Source of the DNA: Spirochaetales bacterium
GTDB taxonomy: Bacteria; Spirochaetota; Spirochaetia; JABEVK01
DNA length: 64,000 bases
NCBI GenBank assembly: GCA_027451945.1
Contig: DAIDHT010000034.1
Location: 812-64,811 of the forward strand
Reading direction: 5' to 3'
The notes beneath the pieces were generated by a model that was not told the origin of the DNA, searched no databases, and worked only from the letters and a program-made list of their open reading frames with translations. Below, in pieces: positions 1-9,230 of the stretch; position 1 is the first letter of the stretch, and the number at the start of each line of letters is the position of its first letter. A program made the position numbers and the translations under genes.

Positions 1-878
1 TAGATAAGTTTATTGTAATCGTTTTGTTTAATTCGTTGCCGTGTGATCTCTCTGTGGTTTTTGTGTATTGCAGAATTTACACCTGGCGTATCTATTATAC
101 AAATTCGGTTTTCTGTGTTTGCTTGAGATATCTTGAAGTGTAAAGCAATGCTATTCACTTTAGATTGATCTAAATTTGTTAGATGTTCGGGGTTCGCATT
201 GAGGTTTGGTGGAGATCCAGATAAGTGGATCCGATCATCTTCGAATGGTTTATTATAGATGTAGCAAAGATTACCGGTGCAGATTTCTTGGGATGTTCTT
301 GTTACTGGTTTTCCAACCAAAGCATTGATTAGAGTCGATTTACCTGCACTAACATTTGCTGTTACAATATAACGAATTTCCGGTTTTGAACTAAAGATTC
401 TATTACTTCGAAATTGTTTAGCTAACTGGAGATTAAATGTTTCTGTGTAGGGGGGGGGAGGATCGTTAAATAGAATCTTGAGAAGAATATCTACAACTAA
501 TGATTGGCGTTTACTTAAGTAATCTTTGAGGTATGTTGTGGCTTGGATAACTCTAGATTCATTAAAAAGAATTGTAGCAATATCACAAACTAACCAGTAC
601 CTGTAGGCTTTTCTCCAGGGTTTGATTCGGTTGTTAACTAACGATTTAGTCAGTCTTTTGATTTTTTTGCTATTTAATGTGGGTATTTTTGTATTTCCGA
701 CTATATTTGTTTGATATTGGTTAAGCCTAGCATTCGTATATTCATCGTTGTTCGCAAATAGTTGAACTGTGTATTCAAGCACAGTATAGTAATGAACTTT
801 GAGTTTAGATTTGCATAGAAGGATAGGGTGGCTTTTGAAGTCTATTGATTGTATAAAAATAGGGTTAAACATTCCCAT
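1..878 (-). CDS. Dynamin-family GTPase, N-terminal ~292 aa. The gene continues past the window start. The start is the ATG at 878..876, with an AAGGA ribosome-binding site 6 nt upstream. This ORF is absent from the supplied track because no stop codon lies inside the window.
   Basis: My own minus-strand translation gives an open frame from 878 to 1 with no stop. It contains the P-loop ...RYIVTANVSAGKSTLINALVGKPVT... (G1 motif GxxxxGKST) and, further on, ...RICIIDTPGVNSA... (G3 motif DTPG). That spacing is typical of dynamin-like and large GTPases. The region is visibly AT-rich compared with the rest of the window. Confidence 0.6.
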   Translation of the reverse strand, partial: MGMFNPIFIQSIDFKSHPILLCKSKLKVHYYTVLEYTVQLFANNDEYTNARLNQYQTNIVGNTKIPTLNSKKIKRLTKSLVNNRIKPWRKAYRYWLVCDIATILFNESRVIQATTYLKDYLSKRQSLVVDILLKILFNDPPPPYTETFNLQLAKQFRSNRIFSSKPEIRYIVTANVSAGKSTLINALVGKPVTRTSQEICTGNLCYIYNKPFEDDRIHLSGSPPNLNANPEHLTNLDQSKVNSIALHFKISQANTENRICIIDTPGVNSAIHKNHREITRQRIKQNDYNKLI

Positions 879-942
879 AAAAATTCCTTTTTTCCCCACT
901 CATTATTGTCCATTCTCTAACATCCGTCAAATTCTTTTTGTT

Positions 943-980
943 AAAAAAATCCCCTCCTGTCTTGGACGAAAGGAGGGGAT
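943..980 (-). terminator. Rho-independent terminator for the minus-strand gene 997..3573
   Basis: The stem TCCCCTCCT (950-958) pairs with AGGAGGGGA (971-979) around a 12-nt loop. On the minus strand it is followed by a T7 run (the A-run at 943-949). Confidence 0.6.
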
Positions 981-996
981 TCGTTAGCAATTCATC

Positions 997-3573
997 TTAT
1001 GGTAGGTAGGCTTGTTGCAGGGTCGGGTGCGGATTGGTGTCCGAGGCTCCGATTCCAAGCTCGCCACTGGTATTGGTACCGCAAGTCCACAGGCTGTAAT
1101 CGTTCTTGAGAACGGCGAGTTGAGTGAAGGCAGAAACATTCGTAACACCGGTGGCGACTTGTTGAAAGCTTGAATGAACAGTGGTATCACTGGTCCCCAG
1201 GCCTAGCTCCCCGTTGGTATTGTCTCCGCAGGTCCAAAGTGTTCCGTCGTTTTTGACAATCGCCGAAAAGTTGTTGCCGGCAGCCATTGCGATAACGTTA
1301 GTTGCCGTTAAGATTGGCGTTGTGGCACTGGTAGTTGTTCCGTTACCCAACTGGCCCTGAGCATTGTAGCCAAAGGCCATCAGGTTGCCATTGGTGAGTA
1401 AGGCCAGCGTAAAGCCCTGAGGAGAAAAGTTGTAGTTGGCGCTTTGTGAAGCCGAAACGGCGGCAACATTGGTGAGCACCGCTGCTGGTACCGAATAGGA
1501 GCCTGAAACCCCTAATTGGCCGGAACCGTTATACCCCCAGGCGTACAAAGAGTGATCGGCTTTGATGGCAAACGAGGTCCCTACGCCGGCAGTGACCGCA
1601 ATGGCACCGGTAAGAACCTGAACAGGCGTGGTGCGTGCTGTTGTGCTACCATCACCTATTTGACCCCATGTGTTGTTACCCATGGCCCACACCGAGCCGT
1701 CCGCTTTAAGAATCAAGGTATGGCCGTCACTACCCGAAGCCACAGCTTGGACCCCCGTCATTATCTGCGTAGCATTACCGTAGAAGAATGACCACAGGGA
1801 AGCATCGGTTTTTACTGCTAACAAACCGATTGTCGATGAATATGGGCCAGTGTAATTCCAGAAACTTGACACCGACTGAACATTCGAAAGGATTTCAATA
1901 GGTTTGAGGGCGTTAATGCCGGGTACGTACCCCATGAGCCAGAGCGTTCCATCCGACTTTAAGGCGGCCGTAAAGTTTTGACCGGCCACCGTTTGAACAA
2001 TTTGTGTAGTGGGTGTCGCACTCACCGAAAACTGAACGGTCGCTGAACCGCTGGTAGTGGCTCCCCCGGTGGAGGAGGTAGCTGTAGCGACGGCACTCAA
2101 CCAATACATTCCTGACGTTAGGGTTGAGCCTAGAGTGAGGGTAGAGGAGGCCTGGTTGGGGACAACAGTTCCATTAAGCGACCAGACATACGTTGGCGTA
2201 TTAGACATGTAGGGAACACTGGTGCTCGCAATGACCGTCATCGACGCCCCTTGTTTTAAACAGTTCGTATAGCCCGACAGGGTCACTGTTAAAGGGGTTT
2301 GTGTGTTGCTCGAAAGCGACAGATTGACCCCTCCGGTTGAGGTTAGGGGGTAAACTGTCACGGCACAGGTGCCGGTAAACGACCCATCTGTTGAGGTGGC
2401 CTTAATATTGGCTGTTCCAGCGGCCACGGCGGTAACGAGCCCTGAGCTCGAAACGGTGGCAACTGTGGGAGTATCGCTCGACCACGTCACATTCTGATTG
2501 GTAGCATTAGCAGGGGCAATAGTCGCGGTTAATTGTTGAGTCGAACCAACCCCAACGCTCGCAGTTGTTGGGGCCACCGTTAGTCCTGTGACCGAAACTG
2601 GGGTTGCTGTTACCGTGACGGCACAACTGGCAGTTTTGGCTCCGTCGTCGGTGGTGACGGTGATGGTGGCACTACCGGCACTGACACCTGTAACCAGACC
2701 GGTTGCCGAGACTGTGGCAACCGTGGCGGCGGATGTGCTCCAGGTCACTTTTTGGTCGGCGGCATTGGCAGGCAGAATTGTATCGAATAATTGCTCAGTC
2801 CCATTTACCGCTAAGGTTGTGCTACCCTTATTCAGGGTCACGCCCGTGACAGGACCTGCTGGAACGGTACCGGTCAGAACAGCATTGGTCAGTGTCCACG
2901 AGCCGGTCGTGGGTTGGCTAGCTATAATCTCGACGGTCTCGGTATCTCCCCACCAAACCTTTGCGGGGGTCACCGACGTGTCTTCGAGTTGTAGGGACAG
3001 GGTGTAATAGCCATTGGTCAAGGTTGTTGAATTATAGGTAGCGGTCGTTCCCGCCACGGTAAAGGTGAGGTTTTGAGTACTTCCTCCCGTTGGCGTCAAG
3101 GTGGCCACCACCGAGGGGGTCGTCAAAAGCCCGGTAGGCCAGTTAAGTGACAAATTCAACGTGCCAGGCCCGGCAATCGGGGTACAGACAATGCTGGCGG
3201 GGGTGTTGGTATTAGCCACAACCGTAACGTTGACTGTACCGCTAACAATCGAGGTTCCTGCAGCATTCAGACCAGTGGCAACAATCTTCCAGGCGCCCAC
3301 AGCTAGGGTGGCGACATAGTTCCCACTCACGTTGTTGGCGGTCATGTTCGCTCCCGAAGGACCGGTGCCGGTAAGGTTATAGGTCGTGACATTCATGTCG
3401 ACCGTAGGAACCAAGCTACGTGCCGTGTTGGCGCCGAGGCTGATGGTTAATTTGCCCGAGTTTGACGGCGCTGAAGAGGGGGTTGAACTTACAGGGGTGT
3501 TACACCCCGACAGAACAAGGACAAAAAGTCCCATAGCCCCCAACAAAGTGGGAATAAACTTAGCTTTTTTCAA
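997..3573 (-). CDS. Surface lipoprotein with tandem bacterial Ig-like (Big_2) domains and C-terminal RCC1-like beta-propeller repeats
   Basis: The signal peptide MKKAKFIPTLLGAMGLFVLVLSGC carries the lipobox LSGC. Two internally repeated segments of about 80 aa (VTG.T.....VGVGST.QL...I.PANA.NQ.VTWSS...VATVS..GLVT.V..G.A.I..T..DG..T..CAVTV) fit Big_2. The repeated W/F-G-x-N-x-x-GQLG/GELG motifs (AWGYNGSGQLG, AFGYNAQGQLGNG, TCGDNTNGELGLG, TCGTNTSGELGIG) fit RCC1 blades. An AGGAGA ribosome-binding site lies upstream of the ATG at 3573. Confidence 0.7.
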   Translation of the reverse strand: MKKAKFIPTLLGAMGLFVLVLSGCNTPVSSTPSSAPSNSGKLTISLGANTARSLVPTVDMNVTTYNLTGTGPSGANMTANNVSGNYVATLAVGAWKIVATGLNAAGTSIVSGTVNVTVVANTNTPASIVCTPIAGPGTLNLSLNWPTGLLTTPSVVATLTPTGGSTQNLTFTVAGTTATYNSTTLTNGYYTLSLQLEDTSVTPAKVWWGDTETVEIIASQPTTGSWTLTNAVLTGTVPAGPVTGVTLNKGSTTLAVNGTEQLFDTILPANAADQKVTWSTSAATVATVSATGLVTGVSAGSATITVTTDDGAKTASCAVTVTATPVSVTGLTVAPTTASVGVGSTQQLTATIAPANATNQNVTWSSDTPTVATVSSSGLVTAVAAGTANIKATSTDGSFTGTCAVTVYPLTSTGGVNLSLSSNTQTPLTVTLSGYTNCLKQGASMTVIASTSVPYMSNTPTYVWSLNGTVVPNQASSTLTLGSTLTSGMYWLSAVATATSSTGGATTSGSATVQFSVSATPTTQIVQTVAGQNFTAALKSDGTLWLMGYVPGINALKPIEILSNVQSVSSFWNYTGPYSSTIGLLAVKTDASLWSFFYGNATQIMTGVQAVASGSDGHTLILKADGSVWAMGNNTWGQIGDGSTTARTTPVQVLTGAIAVTAGVGTSFAIKADHSLYAWGYNGSGQLGVSGSYSVPAAVLTNVAAVSASQSANYNFSPQGFTLALLTNGNLMAFGYNAQGQLGNGTTTSATTPILTATNVIAMAAGNNFSAIVKNDGTLWTCGDNTNGELGLGTSDTTVHSSFQQVATGVTNVSAFTQLAVLKNDYSLWTCGTNTSGELGIGASDTNPHPTLQQAYLP

Positions 3574-3711
3574 AAATATCTCCTTTAGATTAAATAATAA
3601 TTAAATGAATACAAATTAGATTTTAACTTACTTCACCGTGAGAAGCAAGCAGTCAAGCACAAAGCGGACTTTTTAAGGACATAATTCCTCGCGTTCTTCT
3701 GCTCTTCGCGC

Positions 3712-4071
3712 TTACCTCACCAGGCAGAGCAACACGGCCGCCGTACCCCAAACGCTGGTGACCAATACCACAGCGGTCTTTTTTAGCAGGGTCTCTTCTA
3801 CAAAGTGTTTTAGAGGAAGGGGGAGTGGGCCTTGGAGCAAGGTTTTTATGAAAGGGCCGTACTTCAGCACGATTTTGAGGTCTTTGGCGATTTTTCCCAA
3901 GAAAACACCACCCAAAAGCATTAGACTTAACAAGGAATAGCTGGGCCAAAAGCAAAGGGTGAGCGAAACCAGTGCCAGAGTCCCCATGGTCACGCCCAGA
4001 CTTTGCCGTAGGTGCTGGTTAATTTGGGCTTCCCACTGCTGTAGCTGTGAGGGGTTTTGAATGTCTGTCAT
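3712..4071 (-). CDS. Small membrane protein (2-3 predicted TM helices), unknown function
   Basis: A strong AGGAGG ribosome-binding site lies 5 nt upstream of the ATG at 4071. The protein has hydrophobic stretches LALVSLTLCFW and AVVLVTSVWGTAAVLLCLV. I recognised no family signature. Confidence 0.45.
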   Translation of the reverse strand: MTDIQNPSQLQQWEAQINQHLRQSLGVTMGTLALVSLTLCFWPSYSLLSLMLLGGVFLGKIAKDLKIVLKYGPFIKTLLQGPLPLPLKHFVEETLLKKTAVVLVTSVWGTAAVLLCLVR

Positions 4072-4164
4072 GGCGGCCTCCTAGACAGAGGTTACAACCC
4101 TTGCTGAAAGCTATATTCAGCACTTTAAATTCGGTACAAAAAAATTTTGATGTAGAGTAGTGAT

Positions 4165-6018
4165 ATGAATGGTGATGAGGCGTTGAGCAGTGTAAATGAA
4201 CTCCCCCAAGGCACCTTGCTGATTAATTCGGCCGTTGATGCCGTTTTAACTACCATTCCCGATGGTCGGATTATCAGTGCCAACCCGGCGGCGTGCCGGA
4301 TGTTTGGCTATTCTGAAAAAGAAATTCGTGAAGGGGGGCGGGGCTTGTTGGTTGAGCAGTCTGACCCTCGCTTGCCCCTACTGTTAGAACGCCGCCGTAA
4401 AAGTGGCCGTGTGGTAGGGCAGTTAACGTTTTTACGCAAAGATGGCAGTCGTTTTGAAGGTGAAGTCTCCTCCTCACTCTTTAAAGGGCTAGAGGGCCAA
4501 GTTTTTACCAGCATGATTATCCGCGACCTGTCGCAAAGGTATTGGCTAAGCGACCACTTATCTACGAGCGAAGCGAATTTCTACCAAATGTTCGAAACGA
4601 TGCCGGTTGGTATCACGATCACCGATATCGACGGTAAAATAATCTATTCTAACCCCTCGGCGGAGCGAATTCTTGGTGTGACGTCCGAAGCTCACCGACA
4701 ACGAAGTATCGGAGGAACGGACTGGAAGATCATTCACCCCGACGGCTCGCTGATGCTTCCTGACGAATACCCTAGCATAATCGCGTTAAGGGAACAGCGG
4801 CCTGTTCAAAACGTTGAAATGGGAGTCTATCGCGGCCAAGACGATCTGGCCTGGATCATTGTTAATGCGGCACCTTTTTTACAAAAGGGCGTGCTCATTG
4901 CCTACGAAGATATTACCGAAAGGAAAAAAGCCGAGGCCGAAGCCCGTCGGTTAGCCGCCGCTGTCGAGCAAGCGGGGCAAGCGGTTCTTATCCTTAACCC
5001 ACAACACCAACTGGTGTATGCCAACCCGTCAGCCCTAGCCTTGTTTGACAGTAACCTTGTCGAGGGACAAGAGTGGAGCTTCTTGACTCATGCTCGTGAA
5101 CCTCATTTGGTCGAGCAGTTGTGGCAGACTTTAGCCGAGGGGCGGCCGTGGTCGGGGACTCTTACCTTTACCAGGAACGAGGCACCCTTGGTGTTGTTTT
5201 TTAGCGCGGGCCTAGTGCGGCAAGATGAGCATTCCGGTCCAGCCTTCGTTTTGACAGCCACCGATGTTACCGAGTGTACGGTGTGGGAAGAGCGTTTGAT
5301 CAACTCTCAGCGCCTAGAATCCATAGGTACCTTGGCCGCCGGTATAGCCCACGATTTTAATAACCTGATGGCAGGAGTTTTTGGGTTTATTGATATTGCC
5401 GGTATGTTAAGTACAGACGAGAACGTCACCAAATACTTGAGTAAAGCCAAGCAGGCCATTGACCGTGCCCGTAAACTCACCGGGCAGTTGCTGACCTTTG
5501 CCAAAAGGCAAAATACCGAGATTCGGCTGTCGCCTCTGTTTCCGCTGGTGAGTGAAACAGTTGAGTTGGCTCTCAGCGGCTCGCATGTCCAGGTGTCTTA
5601 CGATGTTGACGAGGGGCTGGCCGCCTGCCTTATCGATACAGCGCGGATCTCTCAGGTTATCGAGAACGTTGTTCTTAACGCCAGGCAAGCTATGCCCCAG
5701 GGCGGTGTTTTGACACTTCGTGCCCACAATAGGGTGGTCGATGCCTCCGAGGGCGACAAAGTCCCTCCAGGGCGCTACGTTGAGCTTGAGTTTTACGATC
5801 AGGGAGTGGGAATTGCCCCCGAGCATTTACCACGGATCTTTGACCCGTTTTTCACGACAAAACCACAGGCACAGGGTTTGGGCTTAGCGACCAGCTACTC
5901 GATTCTGACTCAGCATCACGGCTTTATTTTTGTGCAATCTCAGCAGGGCCAGGGAACGTTGGTCCGTATCTTTTTACCGGCGGCCGAGGCTATAATAACG
6001 CCTCAGGAGGGGCTATGA
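4165..6018 (+). CDS. Cytoplasmic multi-PAS sensor histidine kinase
   Basis: There are three PAS-like segments (INSAVDAVLTTIPDGRIISANPAACRMFGYSEKEI; FETMPVGITITDIDGKIIYSNPSAERILG; AGQAVLILNPQHQLVYANPSA). The HisKA H-box is TLAAGIAHDFNNLMAG. The HATPase_c motifs are N-box VVLNARQAM, YDQGVGI and GLGLATSYSI. It has no N-terminal TM helix and no receiver domain. Confidence 0.8.
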   Translation: MNGDEALSSVNELPQGTLLINSAVDAVLTTIPDGRIISANPAACRMFGYSEKEIREGGRGLLVEQSDPRLPLLLERRRKSGRVVGQLTFLRKDGSRFEGEVSSSLFKGLEGQVFTSMIIRDLSQRYWLSDHLSTSEANFYQMFETMPVGITITDIDGKIIYSNPSAERILGVTSEAHRQRSIGGTDWKIIHPDGSLMLPDEYPSIIALREQRPVQNVEMGVYRGQDDLAWIIVNAAPFLQKGVLIAYEDITERKKAEAEARRLAAAVEQAGQAVLILNPQHQLVYANPSALALFDSNLVEGQEWSFLTHAREPHLVEQLWQTLAEGRPWSGTLTFTRNEAPLVLFFSAGLVRQDEHSGPAFVLTATDVTECTVWEERLINSQRLESIGTLAAGIAHDFNNLMAGVFGFIDIAGMLSTDENVTKYLSKAKQAIDRARKLTGQLLTFAKRQNTEIRLSPLFPLVSETVELALSGSHVQVSYDVDEGLAACLIDTARISQVIENVVLNARQAMPQGGVLTLRAHNRVVDASEGDKVPPGRYVELEFYDQGVGIAPEHLPRIFDPFFTTKPQAQGLGLATSYSILTQHHGFIFVQSQQGQGTLVRIFLPAAEAIITPQEGL

Positions 6019-6593
6019 ATCCCGCTGTCGAAGCTTTGATCGAGCAAGCCGGCCGTTGGACAGCCGAGTTTGCCCTGTTGCGCCAACTCGCACTGTCGAG
6101 CGGCCTGGACGAGACTATTAAATGGGGCCAACCTTGTTACACGCTCAACGACCGAAATATAGTTTTGATTCACGGCTTTAAAGAGTACTGTGCCTTGCTG
6201 TTTTTTAAAGGGGCCTTGATGCAAGATCCTGAGAACCTGCTGATCATTCAAACCGAGAATGTTCAGGCTAGCCGTCAAATTCGGTTCACTAGCCTTGACG
6301 AGATCGCTTCGCGGCAAGAAGTGCTCAAAGCTTACCTTCGTGAAGCCGTTGCCGTCGAAAGGTCGGGGCAAAAGGTCGCCTTTAAACCCACGGCTGACTT
6401 TCCTGTTCCTGACGAGTTGCAAGACCAATGGGATTCGGACCCTGCGTTTGTCGAGGCCTTTCATGCCCTGACCCCCGGGCGTCAACGGGCGTACTTGTTG
6501 CACTTTGGCGAACCTAAGCAAGCCAAGACCAGGCTTGCCCGCATCGAGAAGCACCGCGAGCGGATTTTGGCCGGCAAGGGCCTCAACGATTAG
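6015..6593 (+). CDS. DUF1801 / YdeI-family protein
   Basis: The ATG overlaps the histidine kinase stop as ATGA (6015-6018). The sequence pattern ...ETIKWGQPCYTLNDRNIVLIHGFKEYCALLFFKGALM... matches what I recall of the YdeI/OmpD-associated family. The assignment is from memory only. Confidence 0.45.
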   Translation: MNPAVEALIEQAGRWTAEFALLRQLALSSGLDETIKWGQPCYTLNDRNIVLIHGFKEYCALLFFKGALMQDPENLLIIQTENVQASRQIRFTSLDEIASRQEVLKAYLREAVAVERSGQKVAFKPTADFPVPDELQDQWDSDPAFVEAFHALTPGRQRAYLLHFGEPKQAKTRLARIEKHRERILAGKGLND

Positions 6594-6640
6594 AAAAAAT
6601 TCTGCTGGTCAACTTTAGGAAATCGATTTACAATCCTTTT

Positions 6641-8002
6641 ATGAAACATATCTTGTTGGCGTTATCATTGGTTTGGCTGGTTACCGCCTGTTCGACGGTG
6701 ACAGCCTCGTCTCACTCTGTGGCGGACTCGTATGTCCCTGTGACGGGGGCTAGTCCACTTCCCGAAAGCCTTGTCAGCTTTTCGGTGAATGTGCAGAGTG
6801 TTAACTATCGGGCGGTAGTAAACCGCTTCACCCATGCCGTGACCCTGTACCTGCCCCCCGGTACCAGTGTCACCAGCCTGACCCCTTCAATTACCACGGC
6901 GGCCGGTCTCACCGTGTCACCCAGCGGGGCTCAGGACTTTTCATCGCCGGTGACCTATAAGGTGTCTGATGGGTCAACCTATACGGTTACCGTGAATACC
7001 ACCGTGCCATCGGCGGCTCAGGTGAACTCCTGGTTGGGAACCGGAATCAACCTCGGCAACGACTTAGACGCTTGGCCGGGCGACGAGGGCTCGTGGACCA
7101 ACGGAGTGGTGGCCCAAAAGACCTTCTTTGACGACTATAAGAACCTGGGGTTCAGCTCTGTGCGTGTTCCCATTACTTGGGGCATGGCGTCGAACCCCTC
7201 GGACCGCTTAAGCGCCACCAGCCCCTATTCGATCAACCCAGCGTTTTTGGCTCGGGTCGATCAGGTTGCTGGCTGGGGCATTGATGCGGGTTTAACTGTT
7301 GTGATCAATGCTCACCACGAGAACTGGATCCGCACCCTGACGGGTTCGGCGATGACCGCTCAGCTACCCCGCTTCGAAGCTCTGTGGACACAGATTGCCC
7401 AGCATTTTGCTGGTTGGCCGCCTCAGCTCGTCTTTGAGATTTTAAACGAACCTCAGCCCCCTGCGGGTAGTTCAACCGGCGGCATGACGAATGCCGACTT
7501 AAAAGTGCTCAACCAGGATATTTTGAATATCATTCGCAAATACGACCCCACTCGTGTGGTGATTGTGGGGGCAAATCAATGGAATTCCCTATCATCGTTG
7601 GTGGGCGGAACCTTCTCGTTACCGGTTGATTCAGCCGCCGGTGGTCCGTACCTGATCGCCACGTTCCACAACTACAACCCCTGGTCGTTTGCCGGGCAGT
7701 CGTCAGGAACCTGGGGGTCGTCGAGTGACATTGCTTCGATGAAAGCACAGCTGGATATTGCCGCCGCGTGGGGTAAGCAAAACAACGTTCCCTTGTATAT
7801 GGGGGAATACGGTGTGACCCACCAGTACAATGGGATGAGTACCGACCCGACCTCGCGCATCGCTTGGTATACCCAGGTGACTCAGCTTGCCCGGGCCGAT
7901 GGAATCTCGATGGCACTTTGGGATGACTACGGTGACTTTAAGCTCTATGGGCGGGTAAGCCGCACCTTCGAGTCGGCGGTTCTCAAAGCGGTGCAACCGT
8001 AA
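6641..8002 (+). CDS. Lipoprotein glycoside hydrolase family 5 (cellulase/mannanase-like) with an N-terminal beta-sandwich domain
   Basis: The signal peptide plus lipobox is MKHILLALSLVWLVTAC. The GH5 catalytic acid/base motif is FEILNEPQ and the nucleophile region is LYMGEYGV. The W/H-rich pattern NAHHENW is typical of clan GH-A. Confidence 0.7.
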   Translation: MKHILLALSLVWLVTACSTVTASSHSVADSYVPVTGASPLPESLVSFSVNVQSVNYRAVVNRFTHAVTLYLPPGTSVTSLTPSITTAAGLTVSPSGAQDFSSPVTYKVSDGSTYTVTVNTTVPSAAQVNSWLGTGINLGNDLDAWPGDEGSWTNGVVAQKTFFDDYKNLGFSSVRVPITWGMASNPSDRLSATSPYSINPAFLARVDQVAGWGIDAGLTVVINAHHENWIRTLTGSAMTAQLPRFEALWTQIAQHFAGWPPQLVFEILNEPQPPAGSSTGGMTNADLKVLNQDILNIIRKYDPTRVVIVGANQWNSLSSLVGGTFSLPVDSAAGGPYLIATFHNYNPWSFAGQSSGTWGSSSDIASMKAQLDIAAAWGKQNNVPLYMGEYGVTHQYNGMSTDPTSRIAWYTQVTQLARADGISMALWDDYGDFKLYGRVSRTFESAVLKAVQP

Positions 8003-8029
8003 ATAACCCAAAATAGAGACGAGCTTTCG

Positions 8030-9220
8030 TTAAAAGCCTAGCTTCACGTCAACGGCGGCCATGACGCCGTCCGTGAAGCTTTGGACAAAGTCGGTAGAGG
8101 TGCCTCCCACCGCTAAATCCACTTCAAACAGACGAACATTGAGGCCCAGCCCTACCATCTGGCTCCATAAGCCGTACTGGTAGTCGGAGTTAAAACTCAG
8201 GTGGGCCCAATGGCGTCCGTCTATGACCATTTTGAGGCCGCCGTTGAGGTAAACGCCGTTCCAAACCCCTACACCAAGACTGGGGGTGAAGGACAACCAG
8301 GGGTCACTGAACGGGTACAACGAAACCACGGCCCGTGCTTCAAACGGGCGAATCACACTGATCGTCCCCAGGGTTTGGGTCCAGGAGCTTGTCGAGGTGG
8401 TTTTAAAGGGATTCCCCGAGTTGGTCGACGGGTCTACGGTTGTTACGGTTTCGGTGGCTTGTAAGATCGAGCCCTGTGTCATTTGTGCCGGAACTAAGGG
8501 GAGGTTAACTAACCTTCCCCCCACGGTTAACCAAGGGTAGAACGCATAATCGGCTTCTGCCGTGAGATCAAAGCCCCCTGAGATTTGAGGAGGCCCGATG
8601 GTCGAGGAGGTAGAGTTAGGGAGTCCGACGACGCTGTAAACGGGAATGGTGGCTTGTGTTATAGCTGTCGTTCCTGACGATGAGGTGGACAAGGAGTAGG
8701 AAACGTTAATAGCATCGATGTGTAGTAAAGGAACAAAATATGTCGGACTTAAACTGAAGTGCCATTTTTTCCACTTTAAGCCAGCATTGAGCCCGAAATC
8801 AAAAAAAACGTCCCCTTTAAAATTTTGTGGAGTCCAACCGGCTGAAGATGTTGAGCCATTCGGTCCGGTTCCGTTGGCGAGGAATGATAAAATTGCCTCA
8901 GGAATTGTGGCCAGACCATAGATTTCTGCCCCGCCAAAAAGTCCAAATTGAAGGTCATTGGTGGGAGTAATTGATAATCTAACCTGGCTATTAGCTAACG
9001 TCGATACGGTAAACCCCTCTGGATTTAGGGTTTGCGCCATCGCATTGAAGTCGACCACCAAGGGATTATTAAAGAACGCAGAAATTGGGAAGTAGTTGTT
9101 ACTGATCCCAGCTTCACTATGAACATCTAATTCCACTACTCTGTCAGGCCACTCTGCCCAAAGCGATGAACTCAGAAATAAACCGAGAAAGAAGGCAACT
9201 ACTAGCGGAAAGATTTTCAT
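8030..9220 (-). CDS. Putative outer-membrane beta-barrel protein
   Basis: It has a cleavable signal peptide (MKIFPLVVAFFLGLFLSSSLWAEW) and alternating hydrophobic beta-strand patterns. It ends in ...AVDVKLGF, with a terminal Phe as in OMP barrels. Its start lies 10 nt downstream of the stop of the upstream lipoprotein gene. Confidence 0.5.
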   Translation of the reverse strand: MKIFPLVVAFFLGLFLSSSLWAEWPDRVVELDVHSEAGISNNYFPISAFFNNPLVVDFNAMAQTLNPEGFTVSTLANSQVRLSITPTNDLQFGLFGGAEIYGLATIPEAILSFLANGTGPNGSTSSAGWTPQNFKGDVFFDFGLNAGLKWKKWHFSLSPTYFVPLLHIDAINVSYSLSTSSSGTTAITQATIPVYSVVGLPNSTSSTIGPPQISGGFDLTAEADYAFYPWLTVGGRLVNLPLVPAQMTQGSILQATETVTTVDPSTNSGNPFKTTSTSSWTQTLGTISVIRPFEARAVVSLYPFSDPWLSFTPSLGVGVWNGVYLNGGLKMVIDGRHWAHLSFNSDYQYGLWSQMVGLGLNVRLFEVDLAVGGTSTDFVQSFTDGVMAAVDVKLGF

Positions 9221-9230
9221 AGCTGGCCCC

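Noticed and set aside
799-987. 62-aa plus-strand ORF in the AT-rich region
   Set aside because: It lies antisense to the N-terminus of the dynamin-like gene and runs into the terminator hairpin. It has low-complexity AT-driven codons and no ribosome-binding site. It is most likely a chance ORF.
1516-3319. Several plus-strand ORFs (1516..1791, 2588..3007, 3101..3319) inside the Big_2/RCC1 gene
   Set aside because: They are antisense to a well-supported 858-aa gene. They are typical GC-rich antisense open frames with no start context.
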